Positions 30,928-33,378 of a DNA stretch of 33,378 nt are shown here, piece after piece. Each line of letters begins with the position of its first letter. Position 1 is the first letter of the stretch. A program made the translations under genes and the position numbers. This DNA is from Perkinsus chesapeaki ATCC PRA-425 (taxonomy: Eukaryota; Protista; Perkinsozoa): positions 1 to 33,378 of the forward strand of contig JAAPAO010000395.1 in the NCBI GenBank assembly GCA_013115145.1, given 5' to 3'. A model generated the notes under the pieces. It made no database searches. It saw only the letters and a program-made list of their open reading frames with translations, and had not been told where the DNA came from.

Positions 30928-32886
30928 CAGCACCTTCGACACGGGACTCCACTTACGAGTAGGGCTCATTGACATACGCGTGTCACCGCCCAGCCTTTAA
31001 TATGGATTCATACAACTTCCCAACGCCCAGGTACCCTTAACCTCTGCGCTACCACCATCGGAGCCGGCATGCTCGGTCTGCCCAGAGCCTTCGCGTCCTG
31101 TGGGATCCTACTTGGTGTAACTACTCCCCCAAACGATGATTATCTTCTCTTTTAGATTCTGGTAATTGTTGTTACCGCCTTGGCAACTGATAGAACGCTC
31201 GTATGGCTGGTTATGTGTGCGCGTGAAAGCCGGCGAAGGTACGCCATCAACCAAGCACGATCGCTTGCATCGTCTTTAGGTCGTATGAGAGCAACGCTCG
31301 CGTTTACCTCGGGACGATGGGGGAAAGGCTTCTCAATACTGCCTTGGTGAGGCCGTCCTCTCTTCACGTCCGCACAATCGCTGTCCCTATCCAGTTGCTA
31401 TTACTCTTTGGGGCATGTACGGCCATGATGGTTATCACAATCGACCTGGAACCGCAATTTCTGATGCTGCTTCTCCCCGGGGTGATGCCTCTATAGTCCA
31501 TATATTACTCGCCTATCTGTGCAGGCATCGCCTCTGGTTGCAGCCATCATGTCCAGCGCTCTCGTGCTGCCTTTCACTCTGTCGAAGGATCTTAGGTAGC
31601 TTCCTCCACCCTATCAAGCCCCAGTGCTCCTTCTCCTATAGTGTTCTCCGGTATGCCTCAGCTGCATCGCTGGTATGCATTTTCATTCTTTTCCTGACGC
31701 AAGTGTATCTCATGGTCATGGCCGATACCAAGGTGCGCGCGGACTCGCGCTCAGCAGGTGGCATCTCCTTCCTCGGTGTAGATCAATCCAACAGTTTCCG
31801 TCTGGCGACCGCAGGGCCTCTGGTCAGTGATCGCCTCGTTCCCGCTAGTTCTATCATCTTATGTTGGACACTTCAACATTTTCAAGATAGACTACGAACT
31901 CAAGCATCGCTACCACGGTGATATGAGTAACACTGCCATTTGCCTCATCGGAGCTCCAACGCTCTCCTTCTATACAGATAACATAATACATGTGTCGATA
32001 TGTGGTATAGCTACTCCACTCTACATCGCCTCTGGACTCATGGGGTATCTTCTCTACGGCGAAAGCGTTAAGAGCAACCTTGTGCAGGTTGGTTGTGGCG
32101 TATCTTGTGCACACTTAACATTCGATCTCAGGAGTGGTATGGGTCCCCCGAGTTGATGTTGCAAGTGTGCCAAGTGGCTGTCATTCTCACTAACTTGTAG
32201 CACTAACTCCCTCTCTTTTGTAGTGGTAATGATCTTATCCCACCAGATTCAAGTTCCCACTACTATTGGCTCCCCTCAGGGAAAGCCTAACCGAAAGAGT
32301 GATTGCCAATGCATTTCTCCCTGCACCTTGTCCCTCAACAGGTTCCTACGCTAAAAAACGTTAATAACGTCGCCCTCACATCGTCCCTATTTATCTTGAT
32401 CATTCTCGCCGCCCTATCAACTAAATCGTTGGGAACTGTAAGCATCAAAGGCTGCTAGTCACTTTCGATTTCCCTCAGGTATTAGCACTCGTTGGCAGCT
32501 TATCGGGCTCAGCGGTCGGTCTTATTCTACCGGCATCTATGTACCTTGGAAACAGCCGGCTCTCAGAAAGCGTAGACTCTTGTTTAGGTACGTCTCCTAC
32601 AGGCGTCGAGGCCACGCAAGGGAGACGTTATTGCGTGAGATAGAGCAGGCGGCAATGGAAATGCATGAAGCTCATCGCAACGACCCGATGCTTGAGGGGC
32701 TCATGCCTCCACCACCATTGGTCGCCACGGATGAGCCAGTCGTGAGTTATTGGACTGCTGTTCCCACGGTGAGTAACAGCTGCTCATAGCATATCCGATC
32801 CCTCTTTGCAGGGGATTCTCCTACTCGGGATTGGAGAGGCTTTGCTAGGATTCATAGCAACCTTGCGGGACTGGGGAACCCGATGA
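30928..32886 (+). CDS. Amino-acid transporter (Aa_trans/AAAP family), multi-exon; 5' end uncertain (may start near 30560)
   Basis: TLNLCATTIGAGMLGLPRAFASCGILL, hydrophobic exons, YVGHFNIFKIDYEL, GYLLYGESVKSNL, LVGSLSGSAVGLILPASMYL; last exon GILLLGIGEALLGFIATLRDWGTR* (stop 32884-32886). Confidence 0.88.
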
Positions 32887-33015
32887 TGATGATTATGATT
32901 GTGTTTTCAGCAAGAGCTGTTGTGTTATGAAGTCTATGACTATGACACGCTTACACACGCCTTGTGATGGTGTTAGTGTTCAACCAGTGTGTAAGTTACG
33001 AATCTATATAGCTTA

Positions 33016-33058
33016 GTTGTGTGCCTTCAGCTAAGTGACTAAGCTGAAGGCACACAAC
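33016..33058. repeat. 43-bp near-perfect palindrome between convergent gene ends
   Basis: GTTGTGTGCCTTCAGCT-AAGTGACTA-AGCTGAAGGCACACAAC: 17-bp perfect arms, and the inner AGT/ACT can also pair. Confidence 0.95.
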
Positions 33059-33157
33059 GAGGGTCGCTTGATTTATGAACGTTTTCCAACTGCCAAGACA
33101 ACAATATTTCAAAGATAGATGAAAATAATTCACAAGCAACACATTGCTGAATTAAGC

Positions 33158-33378
33158 TCAAGTCGAGAACCTGCTGTTGTAGGCTTTCACCTCAAGATGC
33201 TCTATGTTCTCAATCTCCTTGATATCTTTCTCGGTAAAGTGTTAATAGCCACCATCTGAGATGCCAGAGACTGGCAGCCAGACTGCTGGCTTACCCACAT
33301 CCAGCTTCCTCTTTGGGCGATTCTCCGTCTCAAGTACGGTGATTCTTGCACACAGAGCTCCAATCTGTCCAAAGTTGA
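33158..33378 (-). CDS. 3' end of a gene, possibly an MFS-type transporter C-terminus (partial)
   Basis: NFGQIGALCARITVLETENRPKRKLDV/..DIKEIENIEHLEVKAYNSRFST*, with a GTAAG intron. It resembles MFS C-terminal tails only loosely. Confidence 0.35.

Noticed and set aside
1-33378. CRISPR array, rRNA, tRNA or spliced-leader RNA gene
   Set aside because: I found no spaced repeat array, cloverleaf or rRNA signature by eye, and no match to the Perkinsus spliced-leader sequence as I recall it. A covariance-model search was not possible.

Overview
Eukaryotic, gene-dense protist DNA with many short introns (about 38-55 nt, mostly GT-AG, at least one likely GC-AG) and short intergenic gaps. The style fits a Perkinsus-like alveolate; this is inference, not proof. 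Genes form two directional blocks: almost all minus-strand from 1 to about 24000, and plus-strand from 25397 to 32886. Recognisable genes: a partial Cdc16/APC6-like TPR gene, aminoacylase-1, a large multi-exon gene with an AN1 zinc finger and a possible PAP/TUTase-like fold, a PX-domain gene with a coiled-coil neighbour or extension, a matrin-type C2H2 protein, two intronless F-box/LRR genes, and an Aa_trans amino-acid transporter. Three things stand out. (1) A tandem cluster of three spliced mini-genes, each encoding a stand-alone zinc-finger module matching the Chapaev-transposase 'Chapa' / RAG1 N-terminal pattern, with conserved intron positions and no transposase core. (2) A 2386-bp TA-flanked CAGT...ACTG foldback element whose long inverted arms enclose a secreted 4-Cys cargo gene and also overlap its first codons. 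(3) A small signal-peptide gene whose spliced product carries paired SILK and RVxF PP1-docking motifs. All exon structures were assembled by hand and need RNA-seq confirmation.
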